Of a DNA stretch of 64,000 nt, positions 48,986 through 62,090 are shown in pieces. Location: contig NC_135809.1 of assembly GCF_964213995.1 (NCBI RefSeq), forward strand, positions 97,340,001-97,404,000, read 5' to 3'. The notes beneath the pieces were generated by a model. It saw only the letters and a program-made list of their open reading frames with translations. It did not search any database and was not told the DNA's origin. The stretch comes from Mustelus asterias. Taxonomy: Eukaryota. A program made the translations under genes and the position numbers. Every line of letters starts with the position of its first letter. Position 1 is the first letter of the stretch.

Positions 48986-49301
48986 TGTGGTGAACCATCG
49001 TTGGTTCCCACTGGATAGTGCTGAGCCAGGAGCTGGCCAGTACTACAAGGATGTACATATGTTACTGTTGGGTTGTGCTATTGTTGCTGTTGGGGTTAGG
49101 GTGGGGTTGTTACACCTTTGTACTGTAGTGTTGTGGCACATCCCAGTCGGGCTCCGCCTCCTGGGAGAGGTATAAGAGTCTCTGCTCTGGCCGGGACCCC
49201 TTCAGTCTGGGATAGTGTATATAAGTTCTGGCAGCTTCATTACAGTAAATAAAAGCCTTTCATTTACTGAGCTTCAGGCCTCGTGTTTGAGTAGCGCATC
49301 A
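48986..49301 (+). repeat. 3' LTR of element 2
   Basis: 315/316 identical to the 5' LTR by manual comparison. Confidence 0.97.
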
Positions 49302-49464
49302 CTTATAAAATGGATTAAATGTTCGCTGAGCAGTAGGAAACAGAATATATTTGTGAATGGGAAGTATTCTGGGGTTGAAAGGAAGATGAGTGGATTGTCA
49401 CAGTGTTCAGTACGCCAACATTATCAGAAATGATCGAAAATGAGGGTTGATATAATAGCAGATG

Positions 49465-50619
49465 TCATAGAGTCATAGAGTGATAGAGGTTTACAGCATG
49501 GAAACAGGCCCTTCGACCCAACCTGTCCATGCCGCCTTTTTTTAAAAATCCCTAAGCTAATCCCAATTGCCCGCATTTGGCCCATATCCCTCTATTCCCA
49601 TCTTACCATGTTACTGTCTAAATGCTATTTAGAAGACAAAATTGAACCCACCGCTATTACTATCTCTGGCAGCTTGTTCCAGACACTCACCACCCTCTGT
49701 GTGAAATAATTGCCCCTCTGGACACTTTTGTATCTCTCCCCTCTCACCTTAAACCTATGCCTTCTGGTTTTAGACTCCCCTACTTTGGGAAAAGATATTG
49801 ACTATCTATCTGATCTGTTCCCCTCATTATTTTATAGACCTCTATAAGGTCATCCCTCAGCCTTCTACACTCCAGAGAAAAAAGTCCCAGTCTATCCAGC
49901 CTCTCCTTATAATGCAAACCATCAAGTCCTGGTAGCATCCTAGTAAATCTTTTCTGCACTCTTTCTAGTTTAATAATATCCTTTCTATAATAGGGTGACC
50001 AGAACTGTACACAGTATCCCAAGTGTGGCCTTACCAATGTCTTGTACACTTCAACAAGACGTCCCAACTTCTGTATTCAATGTTCTGACCAATGAAACCA
50101 AGCATGCTGAATGCCTTCTTCACCACTCTGTCCACCTGTGACTCCACTTTCAAGGAGCTATGAACATGTACCCCGAGATCTCTGTTCTGGAACTCTCCCC
50201 AATGCCCTACCATTAACTGAGTAAGTCCTGCCCTGGTTCAATCTACCAAAATGTATCACCTTGCATTTATCTAAATTAAACTCCATCTGCCATTCGTCAG
50301 CCCACTGACCCAATTGATCAAAATCCCGTTGCAATCGGAGATAACTTTCTTCACTGTCCACTATGTCACCAATCTTGGTGTCATCTGCAAATTTACTAAC
50401 CATGCCTCCTATATTCTCATCCAAATCATTAATATAAATGACAAATAACAGTGGGCCCAGCACTGATCCCTGAGACACACCACTGGTCATAGGCCTCTAG
50501 TTTGAAAAACAACTCTCTACAACCACACTCTGGCTTCTGTCAAGAAGCCAATTTTGTATCCATTTAGATACCTCACCCTGGATCCCGTGAGATTTAACCT
50601 TATGCAACAACCTACCATG
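49465..50619 (-). mobile_element. Young CR1 LINE 3' part (same family as 19082-21337)
   Basis: GVSQGSVLGP, KFADDTK, LVRPHLGYCVQFWSP; (actctatg)n tail. Confidence 0.95.
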
Positions 50620-53600
50620 TTATCGACCAGATGTAATCTCCTATTCAACTGTCCACCTGTTTATATTTTATTTAAGCCGCTCTAATGAGCTTTGTTTGAT
50701 TCCAATGCAAATACCAGTTTTACTCGTGTGTTTCTGCATCCAACTCATCTACATAAATAAGAAGCAGCAGTGGATGTCCGCTCAATACTTATACCCTCAG
50801 TCACTTAACTTTGACATAACTCTTCTAAAAAATATTTGCTGATTTCTATCCTCCAACCAATACTATCCATTCCCAGGTTTGAGTTTGACTCATGTCTTTT
50901 GGAAGTCCAAGTATATTTGGAGGTGAGCATGGGAATGTTGGCACACAAAAACTAGTGGGTGAAGGGTGAACATTTTAAAAATCTGAACTCCAACATGCAC
51001 CTGAGTTTTATAGAAACAAGACCAGGTGGAGGGTTGTCAATGTTGGTGTTTTCATGAGACAGGTTTTGCAGTGGCCAGCTTGGTTACTCAGGCCTCAAGA
51101 AATCCAGCAGCTGAAGGGAAGCGTGAACAGCTTCGGGGAGAGGGTAAGTGCTTCCAGGGACTGCTTTGAGTCAGGAGGAGCCAGAGCACATCCCTTCATC
51201 TCCCAAGCTCATCCCATCACCCCCATACCATTAAATGGCTTCCATGGTCTGGGCTGGTGGTATGGAACAGACACCCCACTCCTCTCGCACCACTCAACAC
51301 AGAGTTGTGGATTTGACCGTGCTGCGGCCTGTTCCAGAATGCACCACCATCTGTGCCTATGCCTCCCATTGGAAACAGAAGCACTGTGGCTAATGGATGG
51401 GATGACAATAACAATGACATCAATGAATTCAGTGATGCATTGTCTTAAGACTACCTAATTAATCCTCAAGCCTATGGAAGCTGGAAGAAAATGTCAGTTC
51501 AACTCTATTACCTCAGCTTCTATGTTAACAATATAAACATCAATTAGGGAAAGCCTAAATGCCCTTAATGGCTTTGGCATGGAAGGCACCTCTCAGATAT
51601 TCTTGAAGTTGCTGTCTACTCCATGATGAACTACAGTGCTTCTGTGCATTGGTAATTAATTTCTCCACACAATCCACATCTGCAGCCCTGCATTTGGCAC
51701 AACCCCAATGCTTTCCTGAAGGCTTTGATGCTTAGGAAATCATTCTTTTTTTAAAAGCACAAACCATGAAATCCAGATCTTCAGATTTATAAACGGAGCT
51801 GTGACATAAGCTGGCTTTTTTGAACAGTCGATGAAAATTGGAGAGTGCGCTATTTGATCCCATGATGTATCGTTTAGACAGAAGTGCTCATTTGTACAAA
51901 ATAGCTTGGGACCTGTCATGGCTCTACAAAGCTTCAGTCCTTGCTGGGTCACACCTTCAATGGTACCTGCTTTTCTCAAACCTGGCCACAATACTGCATT
52001 CTTTTGTGTGTTTATTTAAAGATATAAACTGGGTATGGGATTCTTATTGTATCATGGAACTTGATTTTAAGAATATGAATTTATGTCTGTACTGGGCCAG
52101 TTTGCCTGCATTATTGTGCATTTTGTGTTCATTCTAAGTCTCCATTACAATATCAAGTATTTTCATATACAAGAAAACTGTTTACCTCTTGCATTAGTTC
52201 CACAACAATTTACAGATGTAGGTTTTGTATATTTTAACATCCAAGAGCTGAGTTTTCACTTGCAGACTTTTGTCACCCGATGGTTTAACAACCATTCTGC
52301 ATACGTTTATTGGATTGGATGTGGCCCTGTGCTATATTACCACAATTTCTTTGAGTTGGTAGACATTAAAATTCATCAGACTTTGAGGCTCAAACATTTT
52401 AGAGCTGAGATTAAACACATGCTGGAGATTACAAAGATAAAGAATATAACTGAAGTCCATTGTTTATACACTTGCAGTCATTTCTTGTATAACAATGCAA
52501 AGCTTTACAAACCCACAAAGGTTTCTCTCCACAATATCACATGTGTCTCCAAGATGTAGATATTGTTACTGTAAAATATGCATTGATATTTACATTTTTT
52601 AGTCTGGGATTAAAAGCATTCCCCACTGGAAAGCTAACCCATTTTCCCAGAATTCAAGATGTCTCTACCATTCACTTTGATAAAGCTATTAGTAATTTAA
52701 TTCAGTAGAATTGATGTATTGATTTGTTCTGACAGTTGATGTTTTTTCTGATGTTGGTACACAAAGGTAGAGTCTGCCCTGACTTTAAAAGTCGTGACAT
52801 GTGTTGGGGTTCCTGACTGCTTTCATGCTTGTCCTTTCCCAACAGTGGCAGGCATCAGGCACTTTAAGTGTAAGAATAATAATGCCACAAGTCTTTGTTT
52901 ATTAGAGAAAGAATAATTGTTAATTTTGGTTTCATTTGCGAACTGATTACTGAATAATCCAAGGCATTACAAATATACAACAGTAATATGCTTTGAGAAT
53001 ATGCTGTGTACAGTATCTGTGTGCAATTTTTAAGGACTATTGTCAATAAAGAAAAGCAGAGAGGAATATTTTGTGTTAAATAGATCGACCTGAGAATCTT
53101 TGCTTTTATCATGACATTGACTTTTTCAAACTGAAAGTTTTCCTCTTTTTCTCTTCCTGTTGTATAAATCTCTGAGATTTTCCCAGAGCACATGCATGTT
53201 CTTGAATACTGATGTTGTTTCTCACCAATAAAGCAAAACCACATTTTAAACATGGGCCCACTATAATGAATCAGTTCGTAACACGAGGTCAGAAAAAACT
53301 AAGTTACGGTCATTACCTTCTCATCCTAGCTTCAGATACACTTACCACAGTTTCATTTGCAACTTTTAAAGTTTGAAATTTAAGCCTTGGTTGGAAATTC
53401 CAGTCCAGATCTATTATTCACTAATTACAAAATGTAGAGTTTCAACTCCTAATGTAGTTTTGGGTCAGTTTGAATTAGAATGTCTAAAATCTAGTGCCAT
53501 CTGTTAGTATAAAGAGAGAGAGAGCGAATGTGAATGTGTGAAGAACATTTTTTCCATTTGGAATTTTATAAGCAGAAAATTTAGCTTGTTGATACCAGAG

Positions 53601-54235
53601 GGGCCCAATTATTTCTTTGAGAAAAGTACTGGAAAGAATTCTTCAGACTCGTAAAAGCTTTGGTGAAGCCAGGATTCTCCATTAAAGGTCCATATATCAC
53701 TTGAACTATTGTTTTTTTCTCTGAAACTGAGTAATAAGGACAGAGGGGATAATGCATTGGGTGCTAAAATACTTCTGCATTTTAGTGAAGTAAGCAGTTT
53801 AAAGTTACATAACAACTTACAATGTTTACTCATATTAATCCATTATCTGAAGAAGATTTATGAAGAGGGAAGTTTTAATTAAAATGGAGCTGAATTTTAG
53901 AATGTGTGAGTAATTGCATCTCGCTTATTCTACCAATGAGAAAGATGCACAGTTCATTTGGACTCGGCTGTAATGACTGTTCATCTACCTCTGGGACCAA
54001 CTTTTTAATTCAGTTATGATCAAAGAAAGAAACATTTTCTATCTGTAACAATTGTAAACCTCAAATGGGGTCTTGCATTCCATATCTATTCATTTGGAGA
54101 GCCCCCTCAACCCTTCAACATGATCAGACTTAGCTGTGATGCTCAACAAAGTTAAATAGCCGGCTGACCATTGACAGTTGGCTACTTGGGTGAGATATGG
54201 AAGGATGCCCAGTACTCAAGGAACATAACCTCAAC

Positions 54236-55988
54236 GTCATCTATGTGCAGATCCACAAGAGATAGGTGAGATCTTAAATGAATATTTCTCATCAGTATTT
54301 ACTGTTGAGAAAAGCATGGATGTTAGGGAACTTGGGGAAATAAATAGTGATGTCTTGAGGAGTGTACATATTACAGAGAAAGAGGTGCTGGAAGCCTTAA
54401 AGCGCATCAAGGTAGATAAATCCCCAGGACTTGATGAAGTGTATCCCAGGACATTATGGGAGGCTAGGGAGGAAATTGCGGATCCCCAAGCAGAGATATT
54501 TGAATCATCGATAGTCAAGGGTGAGGTGCCTGAATATTGGAGGGTGGCAAATGTTGTGCCTTTGTTTAAAAAGGGCTGCAGGGAAAAGCCTGGGAACTAC
54601 AGGCCAGTGAGCCTCACCTCTGTGGTGGGTAAGTTGTTGGAAGGTATTTTGAGAGACAGGCTCTACAGGCATTTAGAGATGCAAGGACTGATTAGGGACA
54701 ATCAGCATGGCTATGTGAGTGGAAAATCATGTCTCACAAATCTGATTGAAATTTTTGAAGGAGTAACCAAGAAGGTAGATGAGGGTAGTGCAGTTGATGT
54801 TGTCTATATGGACTTTAGCAAGGCCTTTGACAAGGTACCGCATGGTAGGTTGTTGCATGAGGTTAAATCTCACGGGATCTAGGGTGAGGTATCTAAATGG
54901 ATACAAACTTGGCTTCTTGACAGAAGCCAAAGGATAGTTGTTTTTCAAACTGGAGGCCTGTGACCAGCAGTGTGCCTCAGGGATCAGTGCTGGGTCCACT
55001 GTTATTTGTCATTTATATTAATGATTTGGATGAGAATATAGGAGGCATGGTTAGTAAGTTTGCAAAAAACACCAAGATTGGTGGTGTAGTGGATAGTGAA
55101 GAAAGTTATCTCCGATTGCAACGGGATCTTGATCAATTGGGCCAGTGGGCTGACAAATGGCAGATGGAGTTTAATTTAGATAAATGCGAGGTGATACATT
55201 TTGGTAGATTGAACCAGGGCAGGGACTTACTCAGTTAATGGTAGGGTGTTGGGGAGAGTTACAGAACAAAGAGATCGAGGGGTCCATGTTCATAGCTCCT
55301 TGAAAGTGGAGTCACAAGTGGACAGAGTGGTGAAGAAGGCATTCAGCATGCTTGGTTTCATTGGTCAGAACATTGAATACAGGAGTTGGGACGTCTTGTT
55401 GAAGTTGTACAAGACATTTGTAAGGCCACACTTGGAGTACTGTGTACAGTTCTGGTCACCCTATTATAGAAAGGATATTATTAAACTAGAAAGATTGCAG
55501 AAAAGATTTATTAGGATGCTACCAGGACTTGATGGTTTGAATTATAAGGAGAGGCTGGATAGACTGGGACTTTTTTCTCTGGAGTGTAGAAGGCTGAGGG
55601 GTGATCTTATAGAGGTCTATAAAATAATGAGGGGCATAGATCAGCTAGATAGTCAATATCTTTTCCCAAAGGTAGTGGAGTCTAAAACTAGAGGGCACAG
55701 GTTTAAGGTGAGAGGGAACAGATACAAAAGTGTCCAGAGGGGCAATATTTTCACAGAGGGTGGTGAGTGTCTGGAACAAGCTGCCAGAGGTAGTAGTAGA
55801 AGCGGGTACAATTTTGTCTTTTAAAAAGCATTTAGACAGTTACATGGATAAGGTGGATATAGAGGGATATAGGCCAAATGCAGGCAATTGGGATTAGCTT
55901 AGGGGTTTAAAGAAAAAGGCGGCATGGACAAGTTGGGCCAAAGGGCCTGTTTCCGTGCTGTAAACCTCTATGACTCTATGACTCTATG
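54236..55988 (+). mobile_element. Young CR1 LINE 3' part (same family)
   Basis: ORF pieces 54316-54882, 54960-55238 and 55246-55824 carry CR1 RT motifs; (actctatg)n tail. Confidence 0.95.
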
Positions 55989-56257
55989 TCTGTGCTATCA
56001 GAAAAGGAGGAGATGGGAATTGACATGGTAAACTTGGAGTTCTGATAAGAATTTGACATTGTTTCCATTTTTATTTTGCTTTCTAAATAAGGCATTCTTA
56101 TGAAATCAATCAGGAGGTCAATGGTTTGAAAGCATGAAGGAACCAAATTAACTGAAAGAATTGGACAGAGAAAACCTTTGAAGTACTTTGTCTCTTGTCT
56201 GTCTCTACTTATAATATTAGGTTCAGAAGCTCCTTCAAGCTATTTCCATTAGTTTTT

Positions 56258-56420
56258 TTTAAATTCTGAGGATATGGGTATTGTTGACAAGGCCAACATT
56301 TGTTGCCCTTGAGAAGGTGTCTTCTTGAACTGGAACAGCATGTGTGGTGAAGCTGCTCCCACAATGTTGTTTGCTATGGAATGCCGGGAATCTGACCCAG
56401 CAACAACTGAGGTGATATTA
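56258..56420 (-). mobile_element. Decayed LINE 3' end (type seen at 32100-32310)
   Basis: Reverse-complement similarity to the 32100-32310 tail. Confidence 0.55.
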
Positions 56421-58499
56421 ACACTTGTACATTAATCAGCAAAATAAAAACCAACACCTCATCACTGACCCAACAGCAGAGGTTGCTGGCTTCATCCTAA
56501 AGAGTGGACAGAACGCAACCAAGTGTGAACTGGTTATGGCTAATACAGCCATCTGGTCCATAAGTGGGAGATGAGAGATAACCTAACGTGCGATAGTGGC
56601 CATAAGTTTCTGACCATGGAACACATCGGGTGGAATTTTACCATCCCGCCCGCCACAGGAATTGTAGCAGGCTCGACAATGACCATGCAAAGGACCATTG
56701 ACATGCATGCTAAGATCTGTTGCAGGAACACCTCATTTCTCTACCTGACATCTGAGGCCATCAGCATCCTATTATAAACATTTCTTGTTATATGAAAGAA
56801 TCCAAAAGGATGATCGATTTAATTATAAATGCAATTATGTTTTAATCTGGGTACAAATAGTAAAGTGACAGCATGATTAAAGTATGGTTGTGACCAAAAA
56901 ATGCCACTGAAGCCACAGCAGTTACACTTTGCCATGGGGTTGGCATTCTCAAGTTAACAGTAGCAAGTTAATACAAAAAGAAATGACAGCATAAAACATA
57001 CATCTGCTGGGTTGTTAAGGAGACTTTATAGAATTAAACAAGATAGTTTGAATGATTTGCCAATGCTAAAATAAGATATAATTTCCCAACTATTTAGATG
57101 ACTTTTTAAATCATTATAGTTATTAATATGGCTATTATGAATTGCAATTGTATTAGTGCCTGTTTTGGTTTGTAGTGTGACAGCAGCAGAATGGGTTGCT
57201 CATGAGTCATTGGCTACCAAATTGATAAAATGCAAATGGATGTTTGGTTGTGTCTGATGCAGGCAGTATCTAAACTTCATGTTGACTGCTATTTTAATGA
57301 TTGTAGCAATGCAATCAATGTCAAACACCCTCATGTGGGTGTTTCCAACTTGTTAACATTGGAGTGACCATGTCTGAGGCAGTTCCCAACAGCAGGGCTA
57401 AAACCATCAACGATGATGGTATGCTCAGACCTAATTCTCCTTCCCACTTTCCACTATCACCTTCATCCCAAAATCTCTTCTGACTTGCATGCAAATGGTG
57501 TAAGTATACCGATCATACTTTCTCCCATCACACCACCAATGCCTTGCGCCCTTCTCCTTCCAAATACCCCAAAAACTGCAACATGGCTGGGCAGTGGTGG
57601 AGGAGGAGTAAGAGATAGAAAAGCAGGAAGACATTGATGATGAAGAAACACCATTACCCATTCTCTCACTCATAACTATTAGCTCGCAAGCTGATGCAGT
57701 ATGTTCTTTAGGGGATCACTTATAGGCTGGATCTCCACGTGGTGAGAGACTCCAGGTATTATTAGCCTGCAGCCAGGGTAGGTGCAGCTTTCTGGAGGGT
57801 GAGGTCACCCACAAGTTCTATTGCAGAGGACTCAGATGAGAATTTTGTTGAGTGGCCTCCAGATTGGTGTTTTTACGCACTTAAATGTCTATACATTGGC
57901 AAACCTGCCTGAAAGCATGCAGTCACTTTTAAGGATCCTGGCACCAATTTGGTATGTGACTTTGTGTGAAGATTGGAAGCCATCCGTTATATATTTGTAT
58001 TTGTTCCTATTGGCTCATTGTGGAGCCCTGCTGTAGTAATGTATGCAAATGGCAGTGATGTCATAAGATGTAGTGTGGGCAACAGAGAGAGAAGCAACAG
58101 CCATGGAAGAGATCACACACCATAAGTAAAGACAATGTTCATTTTAAACCCAATACTTCCAAATGCCATGTCTCCAAATACACACTATCCTTACCAGTGT
58201 TGAAGTGGTGAACAACTTCATGTGACAATTTGTGGACCAACCCATGAAATGGCATCCAATGGCTGATGGGGTGCAGTGCAAAGCTGCACCTTCCAGGTCC
58301 AGGGTTATCAAGGTCAACTTGCAAATCTATCTGCCTTTTTATTTTAGCTCTGTAGCCAACAGGATGCTCTGTTTGTCAATAACAGAGGGAAGGTAAGGTG
58401 TGGAATTGTGTGACTAGCAAATTGGAGTTGAGTGCATCAATATGGCAGTAGGCCAAGTCTACCATAGACAAAACAGGCAGAGTGAACTCTGCTGGTTAC

Positions 58500-59628
58500 C
58501 TACTTTGTCCCTCCTCCCTCTTCCTCCTCCACCCCTCCTACATTTCCCCTTCCTCTTCTACCTCCTTTTCTACTTCTTCTTTGTTCCCCCATTTACTCTT
58601 TCTCTCACCCTCTTCCTCGTGATCCCTTCTTCCTCTATTTGTCATTGTTTATCTGGTGGTAAGGACTGTGCTCACGATGTTGGCAAAGTAACGCAGCATA
58701 CAACTGACCACTATAATTCTTGACGTACATTCTGCTGATACAGCCCGGCTTCTTCAAAGCAATTGAGGTAGTGAAAGGATTGTTTAAGCATCCCAATAGG
58801 CTGCTTGATCCCATTGTATGTGGCAGCATGGCTTTTGTTATATGCATGCTGCCCCGTATGCCAGAGAATGGCAAACTGGAGTCTTGAGACATATTATCAG
58901 CAGATAATCTTTGCCATCCAGTAGCCATCCTCTGATTTGCTGTTGTGGCTCAAATGCTGATGAAATGCCACAGAACGTAGGCACCATGACTGCTGCCAGA
59001 GTACCAGATATTGATCTACTTCATTCACAGTGTATGGCACCCAACTGGCTGGATGTTGAATGAGTGAAATTCCTTCAGAATTGACATGTGCTGCCTATAA
59101 GATAATGCCCGTACGTTCAGTGATACCCTGCACCATGGGGGCAGCTTGCATTCCTCTCGAAACCACATGCACGCTCCACCTGCTTCACTCTGGCAGGAGA
59201 GAATAAAACGTATTCAGCTGTCTTGGTCAGAACCTCAGTGAGCTTCCTTGTGCAAAAGGGACAGCAAACAGGGAATTGTTGTGAATATTTCCTGCTTCAG
59301 CTTGGGAAAAATAAGACAGTCAAAAGTTCATGACTACAACCATTAGCAATTTGATCCTTGCCCCACTCTGAGGCTGCAACAACTGGCAGAATTCAGTGAG
59401 AATGTCCTTGGTTTGACAAAGACATCTGTCACACTGTTCCTTACTGAGGACCAGGTAGGGAAATTGCTTCCTGAACACTCCGAGTACAGATGTGCCCTCC
59501 TGACAAGAGCCCTTCTCCGTCTTCCCCCTCCTCCTCTCTTTTCCAGCAGTTTGTCTTGCTCTGTGTCACCTCAGCTATTTCTACCAATCATGCTGTAAAC
59601 CAAGGGCGATACAAACTACTACACCCAT
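58500..59628 (-). pseudogene. PIF/Harbinger (HARBI1-like) transposase relic
   Basis: Minus-strand fragments: VFRKQFPYLVLSKEQC, MVQGI, KEFHSFNIQ, YSGSSHGAYVL, GWLLDGKDY..LKTP, AYNKSHAATYNGIKQPIGMLKQSF, RIIVVSCML, followed by an acidic tail. Confidence 0.8.
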
Positions 59629-60681
59629 GTCTGGGAGCAAGAGGCCTGTGCAGAATCATTGAAGTCAAAACAGCTTCCCACACCACATCCCACACCACTC
59701 TGGGAATAACAAAACTGTCTACAGTCATGGCAGGAGCCAGGAGACAGTCATCAGCAATGGGCCTGAAAGCATTGGATGTTTCCTTTTAAATGCTGTTGCT
59801 GGGGGATCCTTTCTGTTGCTGGAGCAGGTTCCGTTGGGCAAGCTGAAGATAGAATGTTTGGCTGGAGCATTGAGCCTCAAAATGGCAGTGTTGGTGTCAA
59901 GTCAGTATAACACTCTGATTTAAGTCACTATCTGCCTACTCTGCAATCTTCTGATGGATATTTCCTGCATGTGTGCCTACACTCTCACCAAAACAGTGTC
60001 CAGTGTCGCCAGCACCAGGGTGCCGATGCATATCCCGTTTTGAGGGAAAATTGGTATTAGGCATCAGAATGTGGTGGCCATTATGTGCACACCTTCTTCT
60101 GGGATTTCGTAAAGTACTTCTATGGCTCTGGCCATGGGGTGGTACGTAGAAGAACACCCTTCCTGTACAAGACATTTCCATTTTTCACAGCAGCAGAACG
60201 AGGGTTGCAGTTTGTTGTAAAATCTTGTGTGGTGACTCATATATCCATTCAGATACCACATACAGGAGACAACGTCATCCCACAATACATACTTCCTGTT
60301 TGGCAGAGGTCGAAAGTTTCTAGTCATTGCTTTATGTGGGGGAAATTAGCATGAGGACTCCTACTGGCCTGTCTGTTTCCTCCAGAAGATTCCTGGTCCA
60401 TTAGACCCTGTTCCACTTTGACAGAGTTTTATGCATCTTTTCTTCAAATTACTTATCCTGTACTAGTTATTCAAACATTCTCTGTCGTTACTCATGTGTT
60501 TCATTTCTATAATTTCTCCGATCATGCCTCTGTTTTAACTTCTGTTATTTAGTGTCAGCAATTTGGAAATTGATGAGGTTAACAGTGAACTGGAGATGAA
60601 AACAAAAATAACAGACAAATAACATGATTAGCAGACATCTAGAGGAATACTGAGACACAATTTGCCCAGTAACACAATTAT

Positions 60682-60953
60682 CATAGAACCCCTACAGTGC
60701 AGAAAGTGGCCATTTGGCCCATCAAGTCTGCACCGACTCTTTGAGAGTATCTTACCCAGGCTCTCTCCCCTGCCCTATCTCCATAACCCTATGTATTTAC
60801 CCCGCTAATTCCCCTAATCTACATGTCTTGGGACACTAAGGGGTGATTTATCATGGCCAATCCTGCACATCTTTGGACTGTGGGATGAAACCAGAGCACC
60901 TGGAGGAAACCCATGCAGATACGAGGAGAACATGCAAACTCCACACAGACAGA
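60682..60953 (-). mobile_element. HE1-like SINE, 5'-truncated
   Basis: Core plus CR1-type tail. Confidence 0.82.
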
Positions 60954-61208
60954 CAACTGGAAAAATTGAAGTGTGGATTTCCATATCAGAAACATTGTTT
61001 ACCAGATGTCAGTGGGGCTATACCAAATGATAACTTCTAAAGGCACAGAATTTGGGAGATAGCTGAATTCACAGGATGGGATATCAAAGCAGCTGAATAG
61101 TGTAACTGCTAGCACCCTGACTAATTTTCCATCCAACAACCAGGCAGGACAAAATCTTCAGAAAAGCCAGTTTCATCTATGATCAAAGCCACTGAGGCCT
61201 GTTCCATC

Positions 61209-62090
61209 AGAACATAAGAACTAGGAGTAGGAGTAGGCCATCTGCCCCTCGAGCCTGCTCTGCCATTCAATAAGATCATGGCTGACCTTTTTGTGGACTC
61301 AGCTCCACTTACCCGCCCGCTCACCATAATCCGTAATTCCTTTACTGTTCAAAAATGTATCTATCCTAGCCTTAAAAACATTCAATGAGGTAGCCTCAAC
61401 TGCTTCACTGGGCAGGGAATTCCACAGATTCACAATCCTTTGTGTGAAGAAGTTCCTCCTCAACTCAGTCCTAAATCTGCTCCCCCTTATTTTGAGGCCA
61501 TGCCCCCTAGTTCTAGTTTCACCCGCCAGTGGAAACAACTTCCATGCTTCTATCTTATCTATTCCCTTCATAATCTTATATGTTTCTGTAAAATCTCCCT
61601 TCATTCTTCTGAATTCCAATGAGTATAGCCCCAGTCTATTCAGTCTCTCCTCATAAGCCAATTCTCTCAACTCTGGAATCAACCTAGTGAATCTCCTCTG
61701 TACCTCCTCCAATGCCAGTATATCCTTTCTCAAGCAAGGAGACCAAAACTGTACACAGTACTCCAGGTGTGGCCTCACTAGCATCTTATACAGCTGCAAC
61801 ATAACCTCGCTGTTTTTAAACTCCAACAATGAAGGACAAAATTCCATTTGCCTTCTTAATTACCTGCTGCACCTACAAACCAGCTCCTTGTTATTCTTAC
61901 ACAAGGACACCCAGGTTCCTCTGCACAGCAGCATGCCGCAATTTTTTACCATTTAAATAATAGTCCATTTTGCTGTTAATCCAACCAAAATGGATGACTT
62001 CACATTTACCAACATTGTACTTCATCTGCCAGACCCTCGCCCACTCACTTAGACTATCTATATCCCTTTGCAGACTTTCAGCATCCTCAT
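61209..62090 (-). mobile_element. CR1 LINE 3' part (different subfamily)
   Basis: LQRDIDSLSEWARVWQM, LYKMLVRPHLEYCVQFWSP, RTRGHGLKI; ttcttatgttct tail. Confidence 0.93.

Larger units (their letters stand above)
44581..49301 (+). mobile_element. Full-length Ty3/Gypsy (Mag-like) LTR retrotransposon, element 2
   Basis: 316-bp TG...CA LTRs with 1 mismatch; TSD CTTAT (44576-44580 and 49302-49306); inserted in an ancient CR1 RT (KWIKCSLSSRKQNIFVNG follows). Confidence 0.97.

Noticed and set aside
52083-53253. 158-aa (+) and 129-aa (-) ORFs in AT-rich DNA
   Set aside because: No recognisable motif, with composition typical of random AT-rich translation.
58139-58324. RT-like ITLDLEGA...HGLVHKL fragment
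   Set aside because: Too short, broken across frames, and located within the probable Harbinger relic.
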